Shown here one piece after another: positions 20,523-29,469 of a stretch of DNA of 64,000 nucleotides. Source of the stretch: an uncultured cyanobacterium (GTDB lineage: Bacteria; Cyanobacteriota; Cyanobacteriia; Cyanobacteriales; Nostocaceae); assembly GCA_963740315.1 (NCBI GenBank), contig CAVUDP010000004.1:32001-96000 (forward strand), in the 5' to 3' direction. A program made the position numbers and the translations under genes. A model generated the notes under the pieces. The model ran no database searches, was not told where the DNA came from, and worked only from the letters and a program-made list of their open reading frames with translations. The first letter of the stretch is position 1, and each line of letters starts with the position of its first letter.

Positions 20523-21839
20523 ATGGAACCAGTAATAAAAGTTAGTCGAATTAATCATTATTACGGTACGGGACAACTGCGAAAACAAATTTTGTTCGAT
20601 ATCAGTACAGAAATTCAAGCTGGGGAAATTGTGATTGTTACTGGTCCTTCGGGTTCGGGAAAAACTACTTTATTAACTTTAATCGGTGCATTGCGATCGG
20701 TTCAAGAAGGTAGCTTGCGAGTTTTAGATCGAGAGTTAAATCGAGCCAGTAACAAACTATTAGAAAATGTTCGTAAAAATATTGGTTTTATATTTCAAGC
20801 CCACAACCTATTAACTTCTTTAACAGCCAGTCAAAACGTGCAAATGGCTTTAGCTTTGCACGGTGGTACTAAGCGCGAAGCCGAACGAAAAGCGCGAGCA
20901 ATATTAGAAATGGTCGGATTGGGTGAACGAGTCAATTATTATCCAAATCAAATGTCTGGAGGACAAAAACAAAGAGTTGCGATCGCACGCGCTCTTGTGA
21001 CTAATCCTAAAGTTATTCTTGCGGATGAACCCACTGCTGCATTGGATAAGAAAAGCGGACGAGATGTTGTGGAAATGTTGCAATATCTGGCGAAACAACA
21101 AGGTTGTGCAATTTTATTGGTGACTCACGATAACCGAATTCTTGATGTAGCAGATCGGATAATTCGTTTAGAAGATGGGTTTCTTACCTCGTCGGATGCA
21201 TCTCCACACAATTCCCATAGTCAGCTTGCAAGCTTGAGTGAATTGATTAACGATGTGAATTTATCCCGGCAAGATTTTTTAAGTTTGCTTGGACAAGTGA
21301 CGGTGGAGTTTCAAGGTTTTTTACAAGCAATGAACATTATTGATAATGATGATACCCAAAAATGTTTAGAAGAAATTATTGAAGCCATAACTTTAATAAT
21401 TAGCAACCTGTTAGAAGCCGAACGAAGCACCATATTTATAGTCGATGATGCTCCAGGAAAATTATGGTCAAAAGTTATTCACAGCAATAGCAAAAAATTA
21501 TTAAAAGCTGGTATAACTGCCCATTTTGGCATAGCTGCTCATGTAGCTGCAACTAGAGAATATTTGAATATTCCCATAGCTTCGCAGGATTATCGTTATA
21601 GCCCAGCTATTGACGAACAAACTAAATATCAAACTCGTAATATGTTATGTTTTCCAATTATCAATAGTCAAAACAAAGTGTTGGCAATTTCACAAGTATT
21701 AAATAAGATTGGAAAGAACGATTTCGATAAACGAGACGAGCAGCTATTAAGGGAATTAACCCAACATATTTCAGCTATTTTTGATAGCTGGTATCGTTTA
21801 CAAACATTACGTAAATCTTTGAAAAGTGGAAAATATTAA
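20523..21839 (+). CDS. devA: DevA-family ABC ATPase with a C-terminal GAF domain
   Basis: Start re-set to ATG 20523 (MEPVI). Walker A GPSGSGKTT, MSGGQKQR, ADEPT; C-terminal AERSTIF...GIAAHVA...QVLNK...F..RDE GAF signature. Confidence 0.88.
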   Translation: MEPVIKVSRINHYYGTGQLRKQILFDISTEIQAGEIVIVTGPSGSGKTTLLTLIGALRSVQEGSLRVLDRELNRASNKLLENVRKNIGFIFQAHNLLTSLTASQNVQMALALHGGTKREAERKARAILEMVGLGERVNYYPNQMSGGQKQRVAIARALVTNPKVILADEPTAALDKKSGRDVVEMLQYLAKQQGCAILLVTHDNRILDVADRIIRLEDGFLTSSDASPHNSHSQLASLSELINDVNLSRQDFLSLLGQVTVEFQGFLQAMNIIDNDDTQKCLEEIIEAITLIISNLLEAERSTIFIVDDAPGKLWSKVIHSNSKKLLKAGITAHFGIAAHVAATREYLNIPIASQDYRYSPAIDEQTKYQTRNMLCFPIINSQNKVLAISQVLNKIGKNDFDKRDEQLLRELTQHISAIFDSWYRLQTLRKSLKSGKY

Positions 21840-23562
21840 AATGGTACTTTATTCAGATTTGACTTCAGAAAAATTTGCAACTTTAATCGAACTTCTTCGC
21901 TATCGAGCATTTTCTCAACCCGACAAAATAGCTTACACTTTTTTACAAGATGATGATGCTGTTGATTTAACTTATGCAGAATTAGATCGTCAAGCGCAAA
22001 CAGTTGCTGCCTATCTGCAAACAACTCAAAAAGCGTCCAAAGAGCGAGTTCTGCTGCTTTATCCACCAGGATTAGAATATATTGCAGCTTTCTTTGGCTG
22101 TCTCTATGCTGGCGCGATCGCAGTTCCAGCTTATCCACCTCGTCCAAATCGTTCTCTGTACAGACTTCAGTCAATTGTTGCCGATGCTGAAGCTAGTATA
22201 GTGCTTACAAATACAAAGGTTTTGTCTAATTTAGAACGTCAGTTGTCAAAATGCCCGGATTTAAAAGCGTTAAACTGGCTGGCTACTGACGGTATTGACG
22301 ATAATTTAGTCGATCGATGGCAGCAACCATTAGATACAGATTTAGCATTTCTACAATACACATCAGGTTCTACAGGTACACCAAAAGGAGTAATGGTTAG
22401 TCATGAGAATTTACTCCACAATCAAAAGATGATTCAGGCAGGTTTTGGACATACAGAGAAAACCATTTTTGTCGGTTGGTTGCCCCTATATCACGATATG
22501 GGTCTAATTGGTAACGTATTGCAACCGTTGTACTTGGGTACTCGCTGCATTCTCATGTCTCCAGTTGCTTTTCTGCAACGTCCAATCCGTTGGTTACAGG
22601 CAATTTCCGATTACAAAGGTACTACCAGCGGCGCTCCTAATTTTGCTTACGAATTGTGTATGCGGAAGCTGACAAACGAACAACTATCTAGCCTCGACTT
22701 AAGCAGTTGGGATGTGGCTTTTAATGGAGCAGAACCTGTCAAGAAAGAAACGATAGAAAAATTTGCCTCTACCTTCGCACCCTGCGGTTTCCGTAAACAA
22801 GCTTTTTATCCTTGTTACGGAATGGCAGAAACAACCCTATTTGTTTCTGGTGGGGTAAAAACAGATGTACCAGTTTACATTACAGTTATTGCTTCGGAAT
22901 TAGCTCAAAACCGAATAGTTGTAGCACCAGAAAGCGAAGCAACTACAACTTTAGTAGGTTGCGGAAACACCTATATCAATCAGCAAATTGCGATCGTAAA
23001 TCCAGAAACTACGATCGCTTGTGATGCCGATCGAGTTGGTGAAATTTGGGTTTCGGGTGCGAGTATTGCTGGAGGTTACTGGAATCGTCCCGAATTAACC
23101 GAGCAAGTGTTTCACGCCCATCTGGCTGACTCCAAAAATTCCTTTCTCCGCACCGGAGATTTAGGATTCATACATAACGGTGAATTATTTATTACTGGTC
23201 GTTTGAAGGATTTGATTATAATTCACGGTCGCAATCATTATCCTCAAGACATTGAAATGACTGTTGCTAATAGTCACGAGGCATTAATACCCGGAGCGGG
23301 AGCAGCTTTTACAGTTGATATCAAAGGAGAAGAAAAATTAGCGATCGTTCAAGAACTCGATCGCCATTACAGATTAGATAACGATGCTGTTACCGAAGCA
23401 ATTAGGACTGCGATCGCACAGCAACATGAACTACAAGTCCATGCGATCGCACTAATTAAAATGGGCAGTATTTGTAAAACTTCCAGTGGCAAAATCCAGC
23501 GTCACGCTTGCCAAAATGCTTTTATTGACGGAACCCTAAAATTGTGGGGTAAAAATAAATAA
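21826..23562 (+). CDS. Fatty acyl-AMP ligase (FAAL)
   Basis: AFLQYTSGSTGTPKGV, WLPLYHDMGLIG, YGMAETTL, LRTGDLG, GRNHYPQDIE, KTSSGKIQR. Confidence 0.93.
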   Translation: MENIKMVLYSDLTSEKFATLIELLRYRAFSQPDKIAYTFLQDDDAVDLTYAELDRQAQTVAAYLQTTQKASKERVLLLYPPGLEYIAAFFGCLYAGAIAVPAYPPRPNRSLYRLQSIVADAEASIVLTNTKVLSNLERQLSKCPDLKALNWLATDGIDDNLVDRWQQPLDTDLAFLQYTSGSTGTPKGVMVSHENLLHNQKMIQAGFGHTEKTIFVGWLPLYHDMGLIGNVLQPLYLGTRCILMSPVAFLQRPIRWLQAISDYKGTTSGAPNFAYELCMRKLTNEQLSSLDLSSWDVAFNGAEPVKKETIEKFASTFAPCGFRKQAFYPCYGMAETTLFVSGGVKTDVPVYITVIASELAQNRIVVAPESEATTTLVGCGNTYINQQIAIVNPETTIACDADRVGEIWVSGASIAGGYWNRPELTEQVFHAHLADSKNSFLRTGDLGFIHNGELFITGRLKDLIIIHGRNHYPQDIEMTVANSHEALIPGAGAAFTVDIKGEEKLAIVQELDRHYRLDNDAVTEAIRTAIAQQHELQVHAIALIKMGSICKTSSGKIQRHACQNAFIDGTLKLWGKNK

Positions 23563-23626
23563 GTTTAAGTCTATTTACTTAAATAAACTAAAACAAAATA
23601 CAAATTAAATACATTAATACTGGAAA

Positions 23627-23872
23627 ATGAAAAACAAAAATTTGCAATCAATTCAAGCTTGGTTTATTGATTATTTTGCCGATCTATTAGAACTAGAACA
23701 ACAACAGATAGACATTCATAAATCCTTTGATAGCTATGGATTAGATTCAGTTAGTACTATTACTATTGTAGGGGATTTAGAAGATTGGTTGGGATATAGC
23801 GTTCCTGCTGAAATAGTTTACGAATATTCAAACATTGAAGCCTTGAGTCAGTATTTGGCTACAGAAAATTAG
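23627..23872 (+). CDS. Stand-alone acyl carrier protein
   Basis: Acidic 81-aa protein with a YGLDS phosphopantetheine site, directly after the FAAL. Confidence 0.9.
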   Translation: MKNKNLQSIQAWFIDYFADLLELEQQQIDIHKSFDSYGLDSVSTITIVGDLEDWLGYSVPAEIVYEYSNIEALSQYLATEN

Positions 23873-23887
23873 GTTAAAAAACCTCTT

Positions 23888-23957
23888 CGTAGGTTGGGTT
23901 AAGCGGAGCGCAACCCAACACGGGTGTTGGGCTTCACGACCTTCAGCCCAACCTACG
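23888..23957. repeat. GTAG-type REPIN (inverted REP doublet), family GTAGGTTGGG
   Basis: CGTAGGTTGGG...CCCAACA cgg GTGTTGGG...CCCAACCTACG; a related half lies at 37906-37977. Confidence 0.8.
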
Positions 23958-23998
23958 TAACAAATATTTTACCCCTCATAATTTCTGTGGCGGAGTAT

Positions 23999-24094
23999 TA
24001 GTGGTCTGTCCCATTGAATATGATGGGTGTATGCTAAAAACAGAAAGTTTTTTTCTCCCCCCTCACCCGGCATTTTTTATGAGACAGACCAGTA
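23999..24094. mobile_element. Short MITE-like element
   Basis: Terminal inverted repeats TAGTGGTCTGTC / GACAGACCAGTA. Confidence 0.55.
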
Positions 24095-24261
24095 TATTAG
24101 ATACTTCTCGGTGCAGTGCAGGTAGCCGTACCCATGACTATTTATAATATATATATACGCGACAGTTAATTTTCCTCCGTTTTTCTTATCCCGGCTTTCT
24201 GTTATTAGTTTGCGGTAAGTAAAGTTGCAAAGAAAAAAAACGATATATAATCTAAAATGGC

Positions 24262-24978
24262 ATGGATCTTAAAACATTAGAATCTAAACTAAACACCAGT
24301 GTTGACCGTATAGGAATATGGTGGTTAATTGGGGCTGCTGTAGCCACGATCGCATTGTGGCAAATACCATACGGCGATTATATTTTATACCCGTTTTCTA
24401 TCCTGGCTACTTGGTTCCACGAAATGGGTCACGGGTTAGCAGCCATACTGTTAGGAGGGGACTTTCGGCAACTGCAAATTTTTGCGAATGGTTCTGGTTT
24501 TGCAGAATATAGCAGTAGATTCAACCCAATTGTTCGAGCCTTAGTAGCCGCTGCCGGACCGATGGGACCGCCGATCGCAGGTGCTATATTAATTTTGGCA
24601 TCGCGCAGCTTTAAAACAGCCAGCTTAAGTTTAAAAATATTAGGTGGATTTTTACTATTTTCAGTATTAATATGGGTGCGATCGCTCTTTGGAATAGTAG
24701 CAATTATTCTCTTAGGTTTGCTCGTACTTGGTATCGGCTTCAAAGCAAATCGTTGGTTTCAAGGATTTAGCATTCAATTTCTCGGAGTTCAAGCCTGTAT
24801 AAGTACTTACCATCAAGTTGATTATTTATTCACTCGTACCGCAGGACCTTTAGGACTTTCCGATACAGGACAAATACAGCAACAACTAATTTTACCTTAC
24901 TGGTTTTGGGGTGGATTAATGGCAGTTGCCTCCCTCGTCATTCTCGTACAAAGTTTACGAATTGCCTATAAACAGTGA
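24262..24978 (+). CDS. M50B-like membrane metallopeptidase
   Basis: HEMGH zinc motif, AAAGPMG, multiple TM segments. Confidence 0.85.
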   Translation: MDLKTLESKLNTSVDRIGIWWLIGAAVATIALWQIPYGDYILYPFSILATWFHEMGHGLAAILLGGDFRQLQIFANGSGFAEYSSRFNPIVRALVAAAGPMGPPIAGAILILASRSFKTASLSLKILGGFLLFSVLIWVRSLFGIVAIILLGLLVLGIGFKANRWFQGFSIQFLGVQACISTYHQVDYLFTRTAGPLGLSDTGQIQQQLILPYWFWGGLMAVASLVILVQSLRIAYKQ

Positions 24979-25195
24979 GCAGTGAACAGTGAACAGTTAG
25001 CAGTGAACAATATTGATTTTATTGGTACCAGTAAATAGTCGGCTATTGGAAATCAACTGTTAGATAAATAGTTTTGAGTTTCAATTTCATAACTCATAAT
25101 TTCTTCTTTCTTTTTCCATGTTTATTTTTACCGAACACTGGTAACTGGTAACTGTTCACTGTTCACTGATAACTGATTCACTGGTAACTGGTCAC

Positions 25196-25521
25196 TGTAC
25201 AAACATAATAAAGTTGGAAACTAAAAACTCTCGAAAACCTTGATTCTTCGTTCAACGCTAAATAAACTTTTGTAATAAAGTTGGAAACTGATGTACCTGC
25301 TTCCGTTCTTTATCTATCGCATATGATAATAAAGTTGGAAACTACCATAAAAGTATACAATTTCAAATTAGTTACTTTGTTTAAAAATAAGTAACATTAC
25401 TTAATTCACCTTCCCGGTTCTTGCGTACAAAATAATTACAGAGCAAAACATTTTAGTTTATAAGTTTATTATTTGCTTTCCAACTTTATTGTTCAGTTTC
25501 CAACTTTATTATATTTATACA
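25196..25521 (+). mobile_element. 326-bp non-autonomous Tn7-like mini-transposon (ends only)
   Basis: TGTACAAA...TTTATACA termini; GTCAC direct repeats at 25191-25195 and 25522-25526; three spaced sites on the left (25204, 25271, 25325) and three inverted sites at 20-bp pitch on the right (25495, 25475, 25455); core TAATAAAGTTGGAAACT. Confidence 0.88.
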
Positions 25522-25551
25522 GTCACTGGTAACTGTTCACTGGTAACTGAT

Positions 25552-26115
25552 TCACCCAAACGGTTGTCCCCAAAGCTTCCAATTTTCTTTATTAAAAGGG
25601 GACTTCCATTTTTGAATCAGCGCAAGTTCTAATTTTTGGCGGGGTTGCGTTGAATGGGGTGCATCCCACCAAAAAGCAATGTTAACTGCTGTTTTTAATC
25701 CATATTGATAGTGCAAATCCTGATACTTTTCAATGTATCGCTTGCAATCATGTATTCCTTTCCACCTATGATTAGATTTACAGGTTTCACCAACATACAA
25801 AAGTAAATCGGAAGCCATATCTATAACAAAGTAAAGACAAGCTTGACCGGGGCTGTCTGCTGGTAATCTGTAAAATGACAGCGAACAAGGTCTTAATTCA
25901 AACGGATCTATTATATCTGGGTCAACCTGTGCTGAAGATACTTCAAATAAAGCAACTTGTAGCACTGGTTCGCTTGTTCTCACTTGTTGTTGATGGGCGG
26001 ATATTTGCTTTTTCCACTTTTTTAAAGCTTTCACATCCATCAACAACACGGGAGTTCTGCTAATTGCAGAATCTATTTCCGACGGTGAGAACAAATCAAG
26101 CTGATTCGTTTTCAC
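25552..26115 (-). CDS. GIY-YIG-like nuclease family protein
   Basis: CLYFVID...LLYVGET...RW..H...LE..LI.....PFN pattern matches the GIY-YIG fold. Confidence 0.75.
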   Translation of the reverse strand: MKTNQLDLFSPSEIDSAISRTPVLLMDVKALKKWKKQISAHQQQVRTSEPVLQVALFEVSSAQVDPDIIDPFELRPCSLSFYRLPADSPGQACLYFVIDMASDLLLYVGETCKSNHRWKGIHDCKRYIEKYQDLHYQYGLKTAVNIAFWWDAPHSTQPRQKLELALIQKWKSPFNKENWKLWGQPFG

Positions 26116-26222
26116 GCTTCATTTCCACAGAACGCAACTTGCGAATCCTATCACGTTCCTTGTGATTAAAGTGACATAAAATAAGTTTTAATTTTTACTT
26201 TGTCAGAGAATATTGATTTAAG

Positions 26223-26903
26223 GTTTGTAGTAGGGACTTTAGTCCTCAGAGCGCTGAAGCGCTTACTACGAACTTAAAATAATTGGTTAGTAGTAGGGAC
26301 TTGAGTCCTCAGAGTGCTGAAGCACTTACTACGAACTTAAAATAATTGGTTAGTAGTAGGGACTTGAGTCCTCAGAGTGCTGAAGCACTTACTACGAACT
26401 TAAAATAATTGGTTAGTAGTAGGGACTTTAGTCCTCAGAGCGCTGAAGCGCTTACTACGAACTTAAAATAATTGGTTAGTAGTAGGGACTTCAGTCCTCA
26501 GAGTGCTGAAGCACTTACTACGAACTTAAAATAATTGGTTAGTAGTAGGGACTTGAGTCCTCAGAGTGCTGAAGCACTTACTACGAACTTAAAATAATTG
26601 GTTAGTAGTAGGGACTTCAGTCCTCAGAGTGCTGAAGCGCTTACTACGAACTTAAAATAATTGGTTAGTAGTAGGGACTTCAGTCCTCAGAGTGCTGAAG
26701 CACTTACTACGAACTTGAAATAATTGGTTAGTAGTAGGGACTTTAGTCCTCAGAGCGCTGAAGCGCTTACTACGAACTTAAAATAATTGGTTAGTAGTAG
26801 GGACTTCAGTCCTCAGAGTGCTGAAGCACTTACTACGAACTTGAAATAATTGGTTTGTAGTAGGGACTTTAGTCCTCAGAGCGCTGAAGCGCTTACTACG
26901 AAC
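26223..26903. repeat. Tandem array of 11 x 63-bp REPIN units abutting the RAYT stop codon
   Basis: Unit GTAGTAGGGACTT(T/G/C)AGTCCTCAGAG(C/T)GCTGAAGC(G/A)CTTACTACGAACTTAAAATAATTGGTTA starting at 26227, 26290 ... 26857. Confidence 0.97.
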
Positions 26904-27500
26904 TTAAAAATTATCCCAAGCAACACCAAAATCTTTTAGTGGATAATTAACCCAACAATCACGTAACCACTGTCTTCCATAATTTTCTAAATACCAACCT
27001 ACGCTACATTCAGACCATTCATAAGGAGATTCAACCCAATCATGTTTGACTGCATTGTAATGAATATAATTTAAAGTTGTATAATAATGTCTTTCAGAAC
27101 GAATTGCTCGGTCTGAATAAGAGTACCAAACTTTGCGATTACTAACTTTATCTTCTCGATTCCACTGATAAGATGTAGAGCCATGAACTAAACGAAATAT
27201 ATTACTTAATAAATTAAAATCGGTTACATAAACCAAAAGGTGATAATGATTTGGTAAAATTGACCAAGCGCTTATTTCCAAACCATTTACTATAAATTGT
27301 TCAAATATTTTATCTAGCAATTGCTGGCGACGAGATTGTAATTTCATGTGAGGATGATGCTCGTAGCAAGCTGCTGTTAATAAATAGAAATTCTCATCTC
27401 GTATTAAATGAGGTGGAGAATGAGGAGGAAAACCTAAAAACAAGCGTTGCTGTACTAACTCTTTTCGTTGCTCTAGTGTCAAATGCCGATATTCATACAT
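26904..27500 (-). CDS. REP-associated tyrosine transposase (RAYT, HUH/Y1 superfamily)
   Basis: YLLTAAC, AWSILPNHYHLL (HUH), W...YSDRAIR, NYIHYNAVKH (catalytic Tyr), PYEW; REPs on both sides. Confidence 0.92.
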   Translation of the reverse strand: MYEYRHLTLEQRKELVQQRLFLGFPPHSPPHLIRDENFYLLTAACYEHHPHMKLQSRRQQLLDKIFEQFIVNGLEISAWSILPNHYHLLVYVTDFNLLSNIFRLVHGSTSYQWNREDKVSNRKVWYSYSDRAIRSERHYYTTLNYIHYNAVKHDWVESPYEWSECSVGWYLENYGRQWLRDCWVNYPLKDFGVAWDNF

Positions 27501-27659
27501 AGTATTGTTTTTTCTTAGTAAGGAATGCGCGTCCTTATCTCTATTACTAAAAAGTCAACACTAATCTAATCGGAACGTACAAATATTGTCAGCAGCTTGA
27601 CAAAAACTTTAGAATTTTTACTTGTTTAATTGATTTTGTTTTTACAACTATTAAAATGT

Positions 27660-27683
27660 AGGGCTAAAGCCGTGACTACGAAC
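27660..27683 (-). repeat. Single REP of the RAYT family, upstream of the RAYT gene
   Basis: AGGGCTAAAGCCGTGACTACGAAC shares the ACTACGAAC end and hairpin with the array. Confidence 0.75.
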
Positions 27684-27692
27684 CTATATAAA

Positions 27693-28448
27693 TCAGCGAA
27701 TATCCTGATAAAACTTTTTGAGATAGTTCGTATCAACACCTATTCCCCAGAGAAACCCGATGTATAAATAGATTGCATTCGCTTTCCAAGCACCCCAATG
27801 GGCAACGCGACGATCTGAAGAAAGCACTACACGGTTAACTAAACGTATACTTCCCTTGCGGACAATTTTTGTGCATAAATCTCCATCTTCCATAATTGGT
27901 AACGTTTCGTCAAAACCGCCACAATCCCAAAAGTCATCGCGACGACAAAATATTACCTGATCGCCAAATAACAAGCGCAAACCTTTGAAAAATAAATGAG
28001 GTTTAAATAGTAACGGCGCATAATAAGTTTTAAGATAATTGTGCAGCGAAGTACCCCAGCGAGTAGTTTGAGAACCAGTCATCAAAGAAATAAACCCGCC
28101 GCAAGCAACCGTTACATCTGTTAAAGTTTTCTCGATTAAAGTAATTAGATCGTCGGGTACCTGAGTATCTGCATGGAGAAAGCATAAAATATCTCCAGTT
28201 GCTGATTTTGCACCGTAGTTCATTTGTACCGAACGCCCGCGACGCTGAGTTTCGAGAATTTTCAATTTAATTGTGGGAGCAAATGACGATAAAGCACCTA
28301 AAGCGATCGCCAGTGTTTTATCTTCGCTACCACCATCAACTACTATAATTTCGTGGGGTGGTGGTGAGAGTAAAGCGAGATGACGCAATGTTCTCCCTAA
28401 ACTGGTTTCTTCATTAAAAGCAGGAATTATTATCGAAACTGAGGACAT
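27693..28448 (-). CDS. Family 2 glycosyltransferase (TIGR04283-like)
   Basis: SIIIPAFNE, VVDGGSED, GRSVQMNYGA, FLHADT, FGDQ, PIMED, SSDRR. Confidence 0.88.
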   Translation of the reverse strand: MSSVSIIIPAFNEETSLGRTLRHLALLSPPPHEIIVVDGGSEDKTLAIALGALSSFAPTIKLKILETQRRGRSVQMNYGAKSATGDILCFLHADTQVPDDLITLIEKTLTDVTVACGGFISLMTGSQTTRWGTSLHNYLKTYYAPLLFKPHLFFKGLRLLFGDQVIFCRRDDFWDCGGFDETLPIMEDGDLCTKIVRKGSIRLVNRVVLSSDRRVAHWGAWKANAIYLYIGFLWGIGVDTNYLKKFYQDIR

Positions 28449-28503
28449 TGTTAAATCAATTATCAGTTGTTCACCCGGTAGTCAGTTATAGGATTCTTAT
28501 TTC

Positions 28504-28944
28504 CTATACCCTTATATCAGCATGATACTTAGATTTGAGCAGTTGTCCCCAAATAAAATTGTAGGGATGGACGGTTTCGACTTGATGTTTATCTCTAAAA
28601 ATTGGTTTTTCCTCGTTAGCCCATTGAAAAATACCACCACTCAAATTAAATACGTTGCTATATCCTGCAAGCTGTAGCTGTTGAGCAACCTTGGCGCTAC
28701 GGTAGCCTATCGAACAGTAAACCACGATGGGCTTATCTAAGGATTCTGAAATTACTATACCTGAGTCGGGTTGAATCCATTGTGCCGATTTAATATGACT
28801 GAGTGCGTATTCTTCTTGCGATCGCGCATCTATAATTAATGGGATTACTGAAGCCTCATCTAGCCATCGAGCAAATTCGGAAATCTCGATCGATTTTACA
28901 TTCGGAAATTTAAGCTGTAGAAGTAATTCGAGCAAATAAAACAT
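28504..28944 (-). CDS. Rhodanese-like domain protein
   Basis: IDARSQEEYALSHI, VVYCSIGYRS, NLSGGIFQW. Confidence 0.9.
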   Translation of the reverse strand: MFYLLELLLQLKFPNVKSIEISEFARWLDEASVIPLIIDARSQEEYALSHIKSAQWIQPDSGIVISESLDKPIVVYCSIGYRSAKVAQQLQLAGYSNVFNLSGGIFQWANEEKPIFRDKHQVETVHPYNFIWGQLLKSKYHADIRV

Positions 28945-29469
28945 TAACTACCTCCAACAAATAAAAAATTCTCTTTATTCTTTGATTGTAAGATTTCCTT
29001 TCTATCTTTATGTGTCACTGATAAGAGCTAAGTAGAAAAATAACTGTTAAAACCGCACCTACATATTAATCTGTATTATTCACTACACGTAAGCAAAATA
29101 ATTAACTTTATTAACAGTGCCTTAAAAATATTTTAAGTATTTTCACCTTTACTTCAACAAAATAGATGTTTTATTTACACTTCCTTTATTTATACAAACT
29201 AAACAAAAGGCATAATAATATTTACTTAGCCATTGTATTTTTACACAGGTACATCTACCTAAAGCACGAAGTTGAGAAAGTAATATCTCATACATTATCT
29301 GTGTTGCTCCGAAATAATATCAAGCTTTTTTGGTTTAACTTTGCTCTGACTCGGTGATTTTTTTCTCTTAAAATTCACATTTTGCACGCTTATTAGAAAT
29401 TCGATTTCTTTGGGCTTGCTTATGGTGCAATTCAACTCATTATTTTTCTAGTTTTAAGGAACTATACAT

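Noticed and set aside
25204..25343. Three direct 17-19-bp repeats as a mini-CRISPR or iterons
   Set aside because: Gaps are unequal (48 and 35 bp), inverted copies follow, and TGT/ACA ends with a 5-bp duplication fit transposon ends better.
26223..26903. 63-bp periodic array as a CRISPR array
   Set aside because: There are no unique spacers (whole units repeat) and no cas genes. Units are GTAG-REP doublets beside a RAYT.
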